From assembly GCA_013265495.1 (NCBI GenBank), contig MU058636.1, positions 7,642,295-7,706,294 on the forward strand: 64,000 bases of DNA. The letters run 5' to 3'. The position numbers were made by a program, and so were the translations under genes. This DNA is from Vicugna vicugna. Lineage: Eukaryota. Shown piece by piece: positions 12,570 through 25,152 of this stretch (within the stretch, counting starts at the first letter, position 1; the number at the start of each line of letters is the position of its first letter). The notes under the pieces were generated by a model. The model saw nothing but the letters and a program-made list of their open reading frames with translations, searched no databases and was not told where the DNA came from.

Positions 12570-12745
12570 ACTGTTCCCTTCTACCCTGGGAAAGTTACTT
12601 AACCTCTCTACCTCAGTCTCCTGCTCTGTGAAGTGAAGACTGGAATGGTATACGTAAGAATGCTGTGAGGCTAAAATGAGTGATCTGTGTGACAGCACTC
12701 AGAACACAGCTGGTTCACAGTAAGCATTACAGAAGTACCAGCAAT
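12570..12745 (+). mobile_element. MIR SINE
   Basis: ctgggaaagttacttaacctctctacctcagtctcctgctctgtgaagtg core. Confidence 0.7.
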
Positions 12746-12964
12746 CATCACTTCTCTAGCTAGTACGGTCCTAGAGGAACTGCCAGAAAACTACCCAGTA
12801 CAGCGCGGGGCAGTGACAGTCTGCGGGGGCAAAGGAAGGAAACACTCTGGTAGCAGTAGATACTGAGAACTGTTGTTTTTCCAGATAATAAACTTGTTGC
12901 ATCTCAAAAAGCCACGGAGAGCTAGCTGACGGGCCTGTAACAAATGAAAACTGGGCTAAGAAGC

Positions 12965-13430
12965 TGTGATGCTTAATTTTGTCAGCTTGACTGGGCAACA
13001 GGGTGTCCGGACATTTGGCCAAATGTTAATCTGGGTGAGATTAACATTTCAGTGAGTAGACTGAGTAAAGCACACTGCCCTCCCTAAAATGGGTGGGACT
13101 CATCCAATCAACTGAAGGCCCGAATGGAACGAAAGGCTAAGAGGGAACTCTTCCTGCCTGCCTGCTTAAGTTGGTATATTGGTCTTTTCTGGTCTTCAAA
13201 CTCAGACTGAACCATGAGCACTCTGGGGTCTCAGGCCTCCTGGCTTTCAGACTGGAACATACACAATGGGCTCTCCTGGTTCTCAGGCCTTCGGACTTGA
13301 ATGGATCGGCTCTCCTGCGTCTCCAGCTCACTGACTGCAGCTCTGGGGCCTTCTCAGCCTCCACAGTTGCATGAACCAATTCCTTATAATAAACATTGGT
13401 TCTATTTCTCTGGAGAACTCTAACAATATA
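12965..13430 (+). mobile_element. MLT2 (ERVL) solo LTR with 5-bp TSD GAAGC
   Basis: tgtgatgcttaattttgtcagcttgactggg...gtagactgagtaaagc...ttggttctatttctctggagaactctaacaata; GAAGC at 12960-12964 and 13431-13435. Confidence 0.88.
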
Positions 13431-13606
13431 GAAGCTATACTTACCAAAATTTTGTCTAGCTATTGATCTGAAGAGGCAACCCACGACCACATGCACAGAG
13501 TGGAATGAACTGAAATGGACAACTAGATTCCTGCTGACAAATCCAATTTTGCTGACTTCTGCTCAAAGGTAATTTTTAAATATTTTGGCTCCACTATTTG
13601 TCATTC

Positions 13607-14204
13607 TGATACAGAAAAAAATGGGGCATGAGAGGATGGCCATGTTCTAGGTCCCAGGCAAGTTCCTGGGATGTGCCCCATCAAGTGAGGGTCCTTGGCT
13701 TCCCACAGGAAAGAATTCAAGAGCGAGCCATAGTTGAGTGAAAGTAAATTTATTCTGAGATGCACACTCCGTAGACCGAGTGTCAGCCATCTCAGAAGGC
13801 CCGAGAGGCCATGAGGTGGGCAGGTGGGGGAGTGTTTGAAGTCAAAGTAGAAACACACTCCATAGAAGAGTGCAGGCCATCTAGGAAGGTGGAGAGGCCA
13901 TGCAGTGCTATTTTGCTAGTTTTTAATGGGTTCGGTTATTTCATTTGCTAACAAGTGAAGGATCATTCCAGCCACTCAGGGGAAGTGAGGGGGATTCCCA
14001 GGAATTGAGCCACTGCCTTGTTTTTGACCTTTCATGGTTAGCTTTGAATTGTCATGGCACCTGTGGGAGTGCCATTTACCATGCTATTATTTTACAGTGA
14101 GCATATAATGACGTTCAAGGTCCACTGTAAGTCAGATCTCTCACCATCTTGGTGCTAACTGATGTGTCATATGGCTGTGCCCTGCCCCTTTCCTTCCTGT
14201 CTCA
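13607..14204 (-). mobile_element. ERV1-type solo LTR with 4-bp TSD ATTC
   Basis: TG...CA ends with short terminal inverted similarity (tgatacagaaa / ttcctgtctca); ATTC at 13603-13606 and 14205-14208; minus-strand AATAAA at 13754-13749. Confidence 0.85.
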
Positions 14205-14344
14205 ATTCTACCTAAACCTAAATAAGGCAGAGACTGACTGGAAGCTATTTACCAATCCAGTTTTATTTCCATTTTAACAACTAGTACATTATCCTTGGCC
14301 CTAGGGAAAAGCTCCACCAATTCTGTGTTCAAACCTGTTCAATT

Positions 14345-14394
14345 CTCAAACACAAACCTGTGAATGAGGCCAAGTAATTCAAAGACAGTTTATT
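14345..14394 (-). terminator. Likely SPART polyadenylation site
   Basis: AATAAA at 14394-14389 followed about 30 nt downstream by a GU-rich element (caggtttgtgtttgag on the minus strand). Confidence 0.55.
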
Positions 14395-15628
14395 CACAAA
14401 GTACATTCTTTAGTTTCAAATAAAGTCTAATAAACGGAATAGCAACTGGAAGTTCAGAAAGATTAGAACAGCAACTGGAGGTTCAGAAGTATTAGACTAT
14501 ACTACGAAAACCAATACCAGCCTTTTAAAATCACTAAATAAAAACAGAATGCCATTAGCTATTTACTTACATATTTGTAGCTTATAGGTCTGTGAATATC
14601 CTGTCTTCTGCCAAAGTGGACACTGTTCTGCCCACCCACCATTGTTTAAGCCTAAAATCTTCACATTTTTTTAGCCTAACTGAATAAAATCTTTCCAATA
14701 ATTTAATTTATTGGCTTTTTAATATATAAAATTCCAATAACTAAAATCCCAAAATAAAAATCATTTACCATCCATAAATGCAACTGTTTATATTTGAGCT
14801 CGTATTAAATTTTAGCCTTTTGAAAAACGTAACAGAAGTAGACATGGTAAAAGTGATTACTTTTTTGTCCAATTACGCTGCTTTGAATTTAGATACAGTA
14901 CCAACCATACCCCCAAATTTCCTAGGCTCCTAACAGATCAATCTATTACAGTCTAAATCCAGACTTAAAAATCTATTTGTATTCATTTTAAATAAAAAAG
15001 ACCATCATATTTCCTAACAAAGAAATAAGCTAACATAATTTTATAGAACCTCATTTTATTTTTCATGATTAGTCTATTCTTTATTTTGAAAGTCTTTTAA
15101 ATGTTATAATTCTTTTAGTTTATGATTACAGTTTTTGCTTAGCTTATACGCTGAAAATTCCAACAAGCACCTAAAAAAAAATCCACAGTTAGTGCAAAAA
15201 GAGGAGACAATTTTAAGTTACTCTTCCCAATACAAACAGAACTAAGATTACTAAACGCCAAATTTTATGTAAATATATAATTTCCTACTTTGCTTTCTGA
15301 AAGACAGCAAATACAAAAATAGTTTAACATTAGGTTTAATAAGGTTTATATAGCACATCTATTATTCTTATTTTAACTGCAAAAATATTTTAGCCACATT
15401 TAGGGAAAAAATCAGAGTGTAACTATTTCTAAAGGTGAGATCCAAGAATACTGATTCTTTGCCTTGTAAGTAGAATACATGCTATAAAGAGCTTTGGAAA
15501 TAGTCACTTTGTAGGAATGAATACATTTTAAAAATCCTGGTTAATCTGTGCAGAATTCCACATGTGCCTATCTAACAAAACTGCACCCATCTGTAAGGCT
15601 TTGGTATAGGCAATTCACAGCACTTCCA
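14370..15628 (-). other. SPART: SPART 3' UTR (distal end approximate)
   Basis: AT-rich sequence after the stop with no recognised interspersed repeat; minus-strand AATAAA at 15080-15085, 15055-15060, 14707-14712, 14389-14394 and 14262-14267. Confidence 0.65.
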
Positions 15629-15899
15629 TCATTTGTCTTTCTTCTTTGCCCCATTCTTCTCTAGTTCCTCTGTCTGCTCATCTTTCTCCCCTTTCACGTT
15701 TACATTTGCTCTTCTTTGATTTTCCCCCTTAGAGTTATCAACTATTTTATAGTCCTCAAGGAGTGTGTGTCCCGTTTGTTTTGCAGTTTTCTTCACCATT
15801 GCTTTGATGCCAATGTTGTCAATATTGTAGGCAGTTACACCAACATTGATGGCAGAATCTACTGCATTGTGTGTAGCTTCTCCTGCAGTATGCCCGTAT
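15629..15899 (-). CDS. SPART: Spartin terminal coding exon (YGHTAGEATHNAVDSAINVGVTAYNIDNIGIKAMVKK...GAKKKDK*)
   Basis: tttaaag|ATACGG acceptor; open to TGA at 15631-15629. Exon lengths sum to 2004 nt = 667 aa + stop. Confidence 0.97.
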
Positions 15900-16339
15900 C
15901 TTTAAAGAAAGAAAGTACGATGAGATTACAAACATAAATTAAAGTCTTCTGAATTAGTATTAAATAAGTCACGTTATCCTTGAAAAGCAAAATCATAGGT
16001 CAAGTTCAATTTAATTAATAATTTAAAACACAGTAAAGAATAAAATCACACTGTGCCAAGGCTGTATTCTCTGTTAGCAAAAACACTGTGACAATAAACT
16101 GAGGCTGAGATTAATGTAATGAAGACTGTTTATGTTGAAGAATAAATGTAAATTGTAATCAAGGTTGTTAGTCATTATTTCCTTTTTTATCATCCTGAAA
16201 TATTAAGAGAATTTTCATTGAAACAACTGTAGGACACAAAGAATCGAGAGTCACTATACATGGTTTTGAGTTCTACCTTAACTAGACGTTGGTATGGTTT
16301 TCTGAACTACTGGAATCTGAGTTTGCCTTTAAGCAGAGA

Positions 16340-16792
16340 TTCTACAACACTCCTCCTCACTCCACTCCGCTCCCTGCAGACTCCCTGGCCACCTTGCTGT
16401 TCTTTGAACCCACCAAGCACACGTGTGCTGCCCTGTGACCTTTGCACTGGCTGGTATCTGCCTAGACTACTCTCACTCCAGGCATCCACATGGTTAACTG
16501 CCTCACTTTTTTCAAGTCAGCTCTTATCCTCTGTGTCTATCCTATTTTCATAGCCTTATCCCACATGCCCCACCCGGCTGGCAATCAATCCTCCCTTAAA
16601 CTGCTTTCTTCTATAACTTAATGCCTGCTACAAACTGTGTAACTTTTTAACACCCACTGTTTTTGCTTTGCTTACTGTTTGTCTCACCAGAATATAAACC
16701 CCATTAGAGAAGCAACTCTTTGCTTTATTCATTAATGCATCTTAAGTACTTAGAACAGTACCTGACATCTAGTATTTGTTGAATGAGTGAAA
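16340..16792 (+). mobile_element. L2 3' end
   Basis: ctccctggccaccttgctgttctttgaac...tagaacagtacctgacatctagtatttgttgaatgagtgaa. Confidence 0.7.
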
Positions 16793-18699
16793 TGGTAAGT
16801 CCTATTCTATCCCACCTCAGAGTTTCTTGAGCATCACTTGAATAAAAAAGGGCTTGGGAAATTATGAAGTCCATACAAAAGTAGTCATTACTGACCACAG
16901 TCAATACTGCTGATGGTGTTTGTAATACCATTGCCATAGAACATACAATTTGAGACCTTATACAAGGACACTAAAACCTGCCCTACCTCTTGTCTTACTC
17001 TTTACCTGCTTTAAGTACCAGGCTTTTAAAGCTTTTCTTGTCCATAAGCTTCCCCAAATAGAGGATCACTTAAACAACAAACAAGAACAAAAAGGCAAAA
17101 TTTTACAGTTTTCTACAGGACACACTGAAATTTCCTATGTGCTTTGTGACTGGTATCTGGACACTTTTCACTAACACTGGACCTGTCTTCTGAATTAACA
17201 AGTCCTCTATTATTATTAGCCTGGCCTAGAACAGTGGTTTGTGATCCTACTGGCTTGTTTATGCTTGGTTTTTTCCCAGCTGCTGTGCTAGAAATACATG
17301 CAAGTCTTGCTGTGCTCCTGAATGACATTTCATTCTGCCCTTCGCCTCATGTTTAACCAGCCAGAGAACAGCACAGCCTACACCTATCAAAGCTGACATC
17401 TGTGCCACTCTTGATTTTACCTGACAGAAAAAATTCTATTTTCTGCCAGTCCCTGTTGCTTTGCAACCCCTCAGCATTCCACAGGATTTGCTGATGTTGC
17501 AGAAGACATGGGACCTTCTTCATAGTCAGCCACGCCCCAGGCACAAAAGCGATCAGCAGGTGGCAATGGCTAAGACTCAGAGACAAAAAGGGGCAGTGGC
17601 AGTTTCAGCACTGGAAGTGTGCCCACAACGCAAGCAGGCTTCTCTCAGGCCTTCTCTCTCCTGGACTGTGTTAGCTGCAAGGAAGTGACATAGTAACTTA
17701 AGAATGTGACCATATCTGTGTTTTCAAGTACAGGAAATCCTCCAGACTCATAAACTTCCACTTCTGAGTATCTGGAATGTTTCCTAATTCCGATTCCTCT
17801 AACTGCACTCATGGTATTTCTACATGCAATGCAATTCTAAAGACCACATTATTTTTAATAATGTACTGAAAAAGGAGTCTGCCTTGGTACCCTGATTTTA
17901 CATATTGAGTAACACTACCAATTGAATAATAATAAAAAAATGAATATAAAGAATACTCTAAGTCAGTCAGTGGGATTCAATTTTCAATTTGAATGAGACT
18001 TTTCAGTAAATTCTCCAGTGCATTCAGTATTATAAACCAAAACAGCACACTGGCACTGATGCTAGATTTCACTAATTATAGCAAAATTTCAGTCACAACT
18101 TTCTAATAAATCTGCCTAAAATTCAATTTACATGCAGCCTTCAGAACTGCTCTCAGAAATATTAACCTTAAATATTTTAAATAGAAACAGCTTATTAGTC
18201 TATCAAGGGCAGACGGGTTGTGGCTAATTTATGAAGAATCCTGTAGGTGAAGCTGAAGAATTTAAACTTTATTTTGAAATCAAATAGGAGATGGCACGAC
18301 CAAATCTTTGTTTTAGAAAGATCTAATGCAGACTGCATCGTGAGCTGTAAGGGTTTAAGTGACCAGAGACAGAGGAACTGGTTAGGAAACAAGTTGTGAG
18401 CTGGATGAAAAATGAAAATCTATTCGGGTGGTAATGAGGCTAGAGTGAAAGGGATGGAAATAAAAAAACAACATAGACTTGGTGACTGAATGGCTGTAGT
18501 GGAATGTATGAGCCTGAAGATTAAAAGGTAAGAGGAAACATGGATTTGAGAGTTCCTGAGATACAGGTGGTAATTGTAGCCACAGATATAGATGACATCC
18601 ACAAAAAGTAGAAAAGGGAGTATGGATTAAAACCTTAGAACCAACATTTAACAACTAGGTGTGGAAAACAACCACCCTGAGAAGGATCCGGTAAGACAA

Positions 18700-19330
18700 A
18701 ACTGAAAGGTGAAAAATGACAATACGGTAAGAGCTGTAGACAGCTGACCCACCAATCTTAATAAGCATTAAATCTTGGAGCAATGTAAACCGGGAGGAAA
18801 GGCTATAACAGTTAAGCACGTGATTAGACTTTACGAAAGACTGTGGGAAAAAAGTGTAGATGTAAAAAAGGTATGTCTTTTAAATCTACAGATAACACAA
18901 AATGGAAGGCTAATATGACACACATCAAAATCTGAAGCCAAAGGGACAGACTTAATGATGGATCAAAATCAACAAAGTACAATTAAACAAGTTCAAATGT
19001 AAAGTTCTTATTTAGGTACAAATATCAATTGTTCAAAAATAAGACAAAGGTCCTGACTTAAAATAAAAGTTTCATTAAAAAAATAAAACAAATCCAAGTT
19101 TGATATGGGTCAATAAAGTAAGAGCAACTAAAAAGATACATACTCTTTGTCTTGTGTACCATAGTTATCACATGCTAAATATGACCAAAACAAGGGAGGC
19201 AAATCCCATTGTATTTAATCTGGTCTCAACACCTCTGGAGAATTACATTCAATTCTGGGTTTCATATTTTGAGAACACTGATGAATGAAGGATCTGGAAA
19301 CCATACTATACACAGAACTGTTAAACTTCT
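18700..19330 (+). mobile_element. CR1/L3 LINE fragment
   Basis: aaatgtaaagttcttatttaggtac and ctggagaattacattcaattctgggtttcatattttgagaa resemble the L3 3' region. Confidence 0.5.
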
Positions 19331-21899
19331 GAGTAGATGTTAAATAGCATTGGTTTTGGGTAATATGACATCTGCCAAAGGAGATATTCTCAAATGGATT
19401 TGAATTTGTCCCTTCACCCAGTGCAAATTTAAGGGGAATTTTAATCCCTAAAGGGAATCCCCTTTAATTAAAATTCAGTAAAATACTATACCTTAAAAGA
19501 GCAAATTCCTTATAGAAAAATATTTTTGCTAAGCTTATTCTTCACAAATATGTATTCTAAGATAAAATATTACTGAGGGGAAAACAAAAATGCAACTAAC
19601 TTACTAAAATTACATTATTTTCCTCTAAACAATTTAAAGTGGAAAAAAATGGAGCTTAAAGGTGAAATTCAGAAGCTATGTAGAAGAGTGACAAATTATT
19701 TAATAGATACTATACTGCAGTTAAGTATAGCAGGTTTAAAGTTACTTATTGCTTTTCATTATTCCTGTAGGCCTTCATGTTCCTAAATCTAAAATAGGAC
19801 AGAAGTATTAATGTAACTGACAAAAATAAAGTCTTAATATTTCCTATAAATTTATCTAACAACTTTAGGAGTGTAATTAATTATATAGATCCTTAGGTAA
19901 ATCATTCATAATCAATCCTCACAATCAAAACCATTAAGAGGCATGGAAAATACACTTCTCTAACACAATCTGCTTTTAAATGTACCTGAATGAAAAAAGG
20001 TCCTCTGTATTGCCTTATATACCACCAGAGATCAGATAAAGAAGTTTATACGTGTTTTTTTCCTAAGCATAATGCATATAATTAAGGCAGATTTGAAACA
20101 CTAATTGGGGGAATAATTTCTCACAGGAAGTAAGAATACAAATTTTCAAAAAATAATAAACCTTTATTATATGATCATCAATTGAATTAGAGTAGAAAAA
20201 CACAAATGCTCATTCTCATTAAATGCTTTTCATTGTGTAAATGTACATTTATAAATGTAAATAAATATAAATTTATGTAAATTATTGAGAACTAAATTAA
20301 ATCCAGCTCTTCCAATTCTTCAGTGATAAATTTCACTGAGTTATCACTGGTTTAATACTTGCAGTTTCTTCTCCTAAAATGCAATTTCTACTTCTGAGTC
20401 AGATTATGCGTAAGTGAGAAAACAGTATTTCTTGGACGAAACTCGTTATTCCCTACTGCCCCTCCCATTTTTCCAAGTTTCTAATTAAGTTACTGCTGTG
20501 ACTAAAGTATTCTTATAGTTAGAGATACAAACCTACTTAAATACCTTCTCACACGCTTTTCTTCCAACTCCACGAATCTTTGGAGGAAAGGACAAAAATA
20601 GCAATACACACCATAACAGAAATAAATGAGCTCAGAGCCACTGTTAAAATACCCTTTTATCATATTAAGTTCTCCTCACCAAGGACCAGAAATACAAAAT
20701 CTACACCAAAAGCCTGTACTTCCTGGTTATGTGAATCTCAAACTTTTAATAAGGTTCTACTTAACTGTACTTAGATACGCATTTTTTTCATTAAATAATC
20801 CACTTTTGGTCTAGAAGACACTTCTGACTTTCTCCTGCTCTTGCAGCAAAACAAAACTATTGTTCTAATTACTACTGACCCATCAAAGTCGCCTGAAAGG
20901 CAGTAACAAAGAGTGAGTATTAGAGGGCAATGCTACGAGTAGCAAGGAGTGAGCTGGGAGTACTGCGTTTTACATTCCCATCAAAACTTCAGATCTACTC
21001 TGTATTTTCTTTTCCAAATCTTCTGGTAAAATTGACACTTCAAGATGATGTGCCATGCTGCTTTGATTTAAAGGTATGCATGCCGCAGACTGAGCAGATC
21101 AAATCAACTTAGGCCGGAAATTCAGTGCGTATTTTCTAAACCAAAGGTAGTTTACTGTGGAAGTCTAAACACATGCTAGATAGTGGTGGAAAACAACTCT
21201 AGACACTAAACTTGCACAGACATCCCACCAAGGACAGTGGTGGCCCAGCACTGTTCCATGACACCACATGACAGAGAGACTTAGCTTACACTATCACTTA
21301 CTAAGGGTACAATTCTTAACAAGATATTCAACATCCTATGCTTCTGATTTTTCATCTACAAAATGGAGATAATAGTGTCAAAGATTAAATATGGAAAGCA
21401 CTGAACACAATGTCTGACACATAAGTATGAACTCAAATACTGCCAGTGAGTAAATAATTAACACAACCAAGAGTTCAGAATGCCATCAATATTACTTTTT
21501 TCTTTCTAAACAAACATTAATTATTAAGATCTAAACTAATTAAAGGCTAAGAAAGAAACTCAAGTCCTTCACAGTGAATTTAATTTGTAGCCTTCTAGTA
21601 CCTCTAAGACAGGATAAAGGGCTAAAATCAGAGATCCTGTTCTTCAGTCTCATCTTTCATACCACTTATCAGAGGTGCCTGGGCAAATCATTCATTTCTA
21701 CGCCTCTGCATTTCTTAGTGGTCTTCTCATACCATCTGTCCATCCCAATACAAAGGCACAGTGGTAGATTCAAATAAGGTATGACAAAATTTGAAGTTCT
21801 TTGTATATATATGAGACCAGTATTAACAAAGTACAACAGCTTAGCTATAATTCAAGTTTTTCCCATCAAAACTATAGGCAAACATCACTCATAAAGAAC

Positions 21900-22305
21900 A
21901 TGCAGTAAAAACGTAAAATAATGCAATTTGCAGCAACATGGATGGACCTGAAGGTCATCATTCTAAGTGAAATAAGCCAGAAAGAGAAAGAAAAATACCA
22001 TATGATATCACTTGTATGCAGAATATAAAAAAAGACAAACAAACTTATTTACGAAACAGAAACAGACTCACAGACATAGAGAACAAACTTATGGTTAGCA
22101 GGGGGTGAAGGGGGTGGGAAGGGACAAATTGGGAGTTCAAGATTTGCAGATACTAACTACTATATAAAAAATAAAGAAGTTTATACTGTATAGCACAAGG
22201 AAATACATTCAGTATCTTGTATAGCCTATAATGAAAAAGAATGGAAGAATGAAAATGAATATATGCATGTATATGGATGACTGAAATACGCTGTTCATCA
22301 GAAAA
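21900..22305 (+). mobile_element. 5'-truncated, relatively young L1 3' end
   Basis: tttgcagcaacatggatggacctg...ctaagtgaaataagccagaaagagaaagaaaaataccatatgatatcac...gggagttcaagatttgcagatactaactac; related to 9150-9490. Confidence 0.88.
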
Positions 22306-22593
22306 AAATTAAATAATAAGCTATACAGAAACTCTGGGTATTTTTTAAAAAATTAAATATATTCTTTGCATTAATGATGAACAAATATTTGTAACAATTA
22401 ACAATATAAGGCAAAGTCACAGTAATTCTATTAATTTGCTAAAAAACTTATTCTTCTCCCTGTTTAAAAATATCAATTAAAAATCATTTTATCAGATACT
22501 TAGTAAGATTAACTACAAAATCATTTTAACTGTCCTAGAGTTTTACAAATGCTACAAGATATTTAGTTATTAAAATGAAAAAATGCAACTTAC

Positions 22594-22684
22594 TTGTATC
22601 TGACAGTTTGTACAGTTTCTGCTGAAACATTGTTAACAATGCATTTAGCTGCACATTCCAATCCCTGCCAGACAGTCGAAAATC
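22594..22684 (-). CDS. SPART: Spartin coding exon 7 (GFSTVWQGLECAAKCIVNNVSAETVQTVRYK)
   Basis: ttgcag|GATTTT acceptor, ATACAA|gtaagt donor; 91 nt, phase 1-2. Confidence 0.96.
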
Positions 22685-22761
22685 CTGCAAATACATTCAA
22701 AAGTAAGTAAAACTAGCCCTAAGCAAACAGACCTTCCTAAATTTCTGAACCTTTATGTTAC

Positions 22762-22920
22762 CTTGAACACTACTTGCTGCTACAACCATAGCACCATCCA
22801 GTGTAGACTTCCCATTTCTGTCTTTTTTAAGAGATTCTGGAACAAGTTTGCTTCCATGCTTCTTGACATGTGGAGCTAGCTCCTTTCCAACACAATTTGC
22901 TACAGTACAAACTCCATCAA
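22762..22920 (-). CDS. SPART: Spartin coding exon 6 (VDGVCTVANCVGKELAPHVKKHGSKLVPES...AASSVQ)
   Basis: ctatag|TTGATG acceptor, TTCAAG|gtaaca donor; 159 nt, phase 1-1. Confidence 0.96.
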
Positions 22921-23922
22921 CTATAGAACCATAAAAAAAAAATTAGAAAAAAAGTATTCTCCCCATGATTTTATCATTCTTCCTTAGCAGAATTCTCCCA
23001 TGAGCATGTAAAACTGTTTTACTGTATAATGTTACCATTCCTATTTAAGGTTGAAAACAAGGCTGGTTATTTTTCAACCAAATGCTATTGTTTGGTAAAA
23101 GGATGTGCTTGCAGAGCTTACTGCCTCTTAAATACGTTTTTGGCAATTTGCTTAGAAGAAAATAAAATCATCCACCTTTTCCATCTGACTGCTGCCATGC
23201 AAGACTAGTAGGTCCACTGTTCATGTTTTTTAGCTAAGTGTTTATTTGTATTTTTTCTCACAATCAGCAAATATTCACTGAAATAGTTTAAGTATTTAAG
23301 TCTATATAAAAGTAAACAAACCAAAAAATCTAATTCAAAAGAATACCAAAAGATAATTTTACTAAATTTAATGACAATCCATTAAGGAGTTATCAGACTA
23401 TCTTAAAATACCAAACTTAAGAGCTGTGATTCTCAAAGGAAAGGGGTGAGAAGCCTATTCCCAGGGAAGGCTGACACCAGAGTCACTAAGTCAGCTTTAT
23501 TCAGAACAATACATCCCTCACGCTTGACTCTCAACTGCTATGGAGCGAGCTGTCCTTAAAAGAACTGTCATAATCAAGAACAGCAAATACATTCCTTTTC
23601 AAAGGCACAGACACTCGCCTCTCCAACAATCAAAACAATCAAAACTACCCTTAACCAGTGTTTACCAAACTTAATAGGCAGTAAGAATCACCTAGAGATC
23701 TTGTAAAAATGGAGATTCTGAATCCATCAGTGTGCCAAGTACCTAAAATATTTCCAAGGCTCTCAGGTTGATGTTGCTGGTCTACAGATCCCATCATGAG
23801 TAAGCAAGGCAAAACTGCTCTGTCTTAATTCTTTACTTTTAAAGTTAAATCAGATTTAGATTAACCTGGACTAACAGATTATTTTTAACTAAAAGAAATA
23901 AAGTCATTTAAAGTTACTTTAC

Positions 23923-24117
23923 CCAGGAACTGGCTGACTTTTGCTGCTCCTCCGGTAGCCTGCTTTGCTATATAAAGTCCCTTGGTCACAGCTGGACTAA
24001 CTTCCACTGGTTTTTCTTCTGGTTGAATCCGTTCTCGGAGTTTAGAAGCACCTTTCTGGATGGCTTTGCCAGTAAACTCAGCACCTTTGACTAAACCCCA
24101 GCTCACCCAGGAAGCAC
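23923..24117 (-). CDS. SPART: Spartin coding exon 5 (senescence domain: GASWVSWGLVKGAEFTGKAIQKG...KVSQFL)
   Basis: aaaaag|GTGCTT acceptor, TCCTGG|gtaaag donor; 195 nt; matches ORF 23885..24106. Confidence 0.97.
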
Positions 24118-24419
24118 CTTTTTAAAGGAACATTTTAAATTGCACAAAATTAGGCTTGATTTTACCTTTAAACACTTTAACAAATAATTGATCAATAGGA
24201 AAAAAAAAAACCCCAAAGATTTCAATGTTCAGATCCCAAACATGCCATACATTTTCAAGCCAACTTTGTACTTACAGGGTTCTGCCTGGAATATATGCCT
24301 TTTCTAAGTAAACTCATCTTTCAGTACTTCGCATATCACTCAGTAACAGCTCTGTATTAATCCATGCTGTCACTACAAATGGTAGGCATCTCTTTATTTC
24401 ACTTAGCACAGTACACTAC

Positions 24420-25152
24420 TGTTAGGGGTTAATTTTGGGGTTTGGTGCCATTAATATGGTATTTGGCTAGAGGACCCAGGTATCTTTGTTCTTTATGCCT
24501 TATCCAGGCACCAGTTTTCCCCCATAAGTCTTGAGAGAGATAGACACAAACCATGCAAACCAGGAACAACCACCTTTATCTCAAACACCAAGGCAGAACC
24601 CCTGCTGTTTGCTTTGGGCCACAGGCATAAGGGCAGGTGTCCCTGCTCCTTCCTTGATCCCAAATCCCTTGATCTCCTTTTTAATTCGCAACTTAAACCT
24701 GAACACAGACAGACACAAGAACTCCCAAACAATTCAGGAGATAAAAAATATGAGAGAAGAAAATTGAGAGGCCTAGATGGTTTGGCATTTCTCATGAGAG
24801 GAGGCCCTAGCCCTCTGCTTTTTCGCTCATGCTTCTTGCAGCAAGAATGAAAGAAGAGACTGTCAGAAAGAAAGCAGGGTGACAGACTTCTCCAGAAGAG
24901 AAAGGCCTTGAGCCAGAGGGCATGTGGGGAAAGGAGGGAGGAGACGGGAGAATCAAGAAAATAAATAGGAGAACAGTTTCCCCTAAAAGGAACCCTCCCC
25001 TGGGGAGAGCTAAATCTCCTTTTGGGTTATACCCTGAAACAACGAGCTTTTAAAAATACTTAAGTATGTTCTCCCAAGGTCTGTGTTATGGTTTTTACGT
25101 AATTACTTCAGCTGTGAGTAAGAAGGCATTCATTGGTGGAGGGAAGATCACA
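24420..25152 (+). mobile_element. Ancient LTR-like element (family uncertain)
   Basis: Starts tgttaggggttaattttgggg and ends gatcaca; composition differs from the AT-rich flanking intron. Confidence 0.4.

Noticed and set aside
11009..12698. Cluster of overlapping 70-190 aa ORFs, including poly-Cys and poly-Gln
   Set aside because: They lie in the GC-rich L1 5' UTR and the (GTT)13 microsatellite, with no recognisable protein.
19425..19470. Imperfect inverted repeat (ttaaggggaatt...aatcccctttaa)
   Set aside because: Short, low-complexity and intronic; expected by chance.
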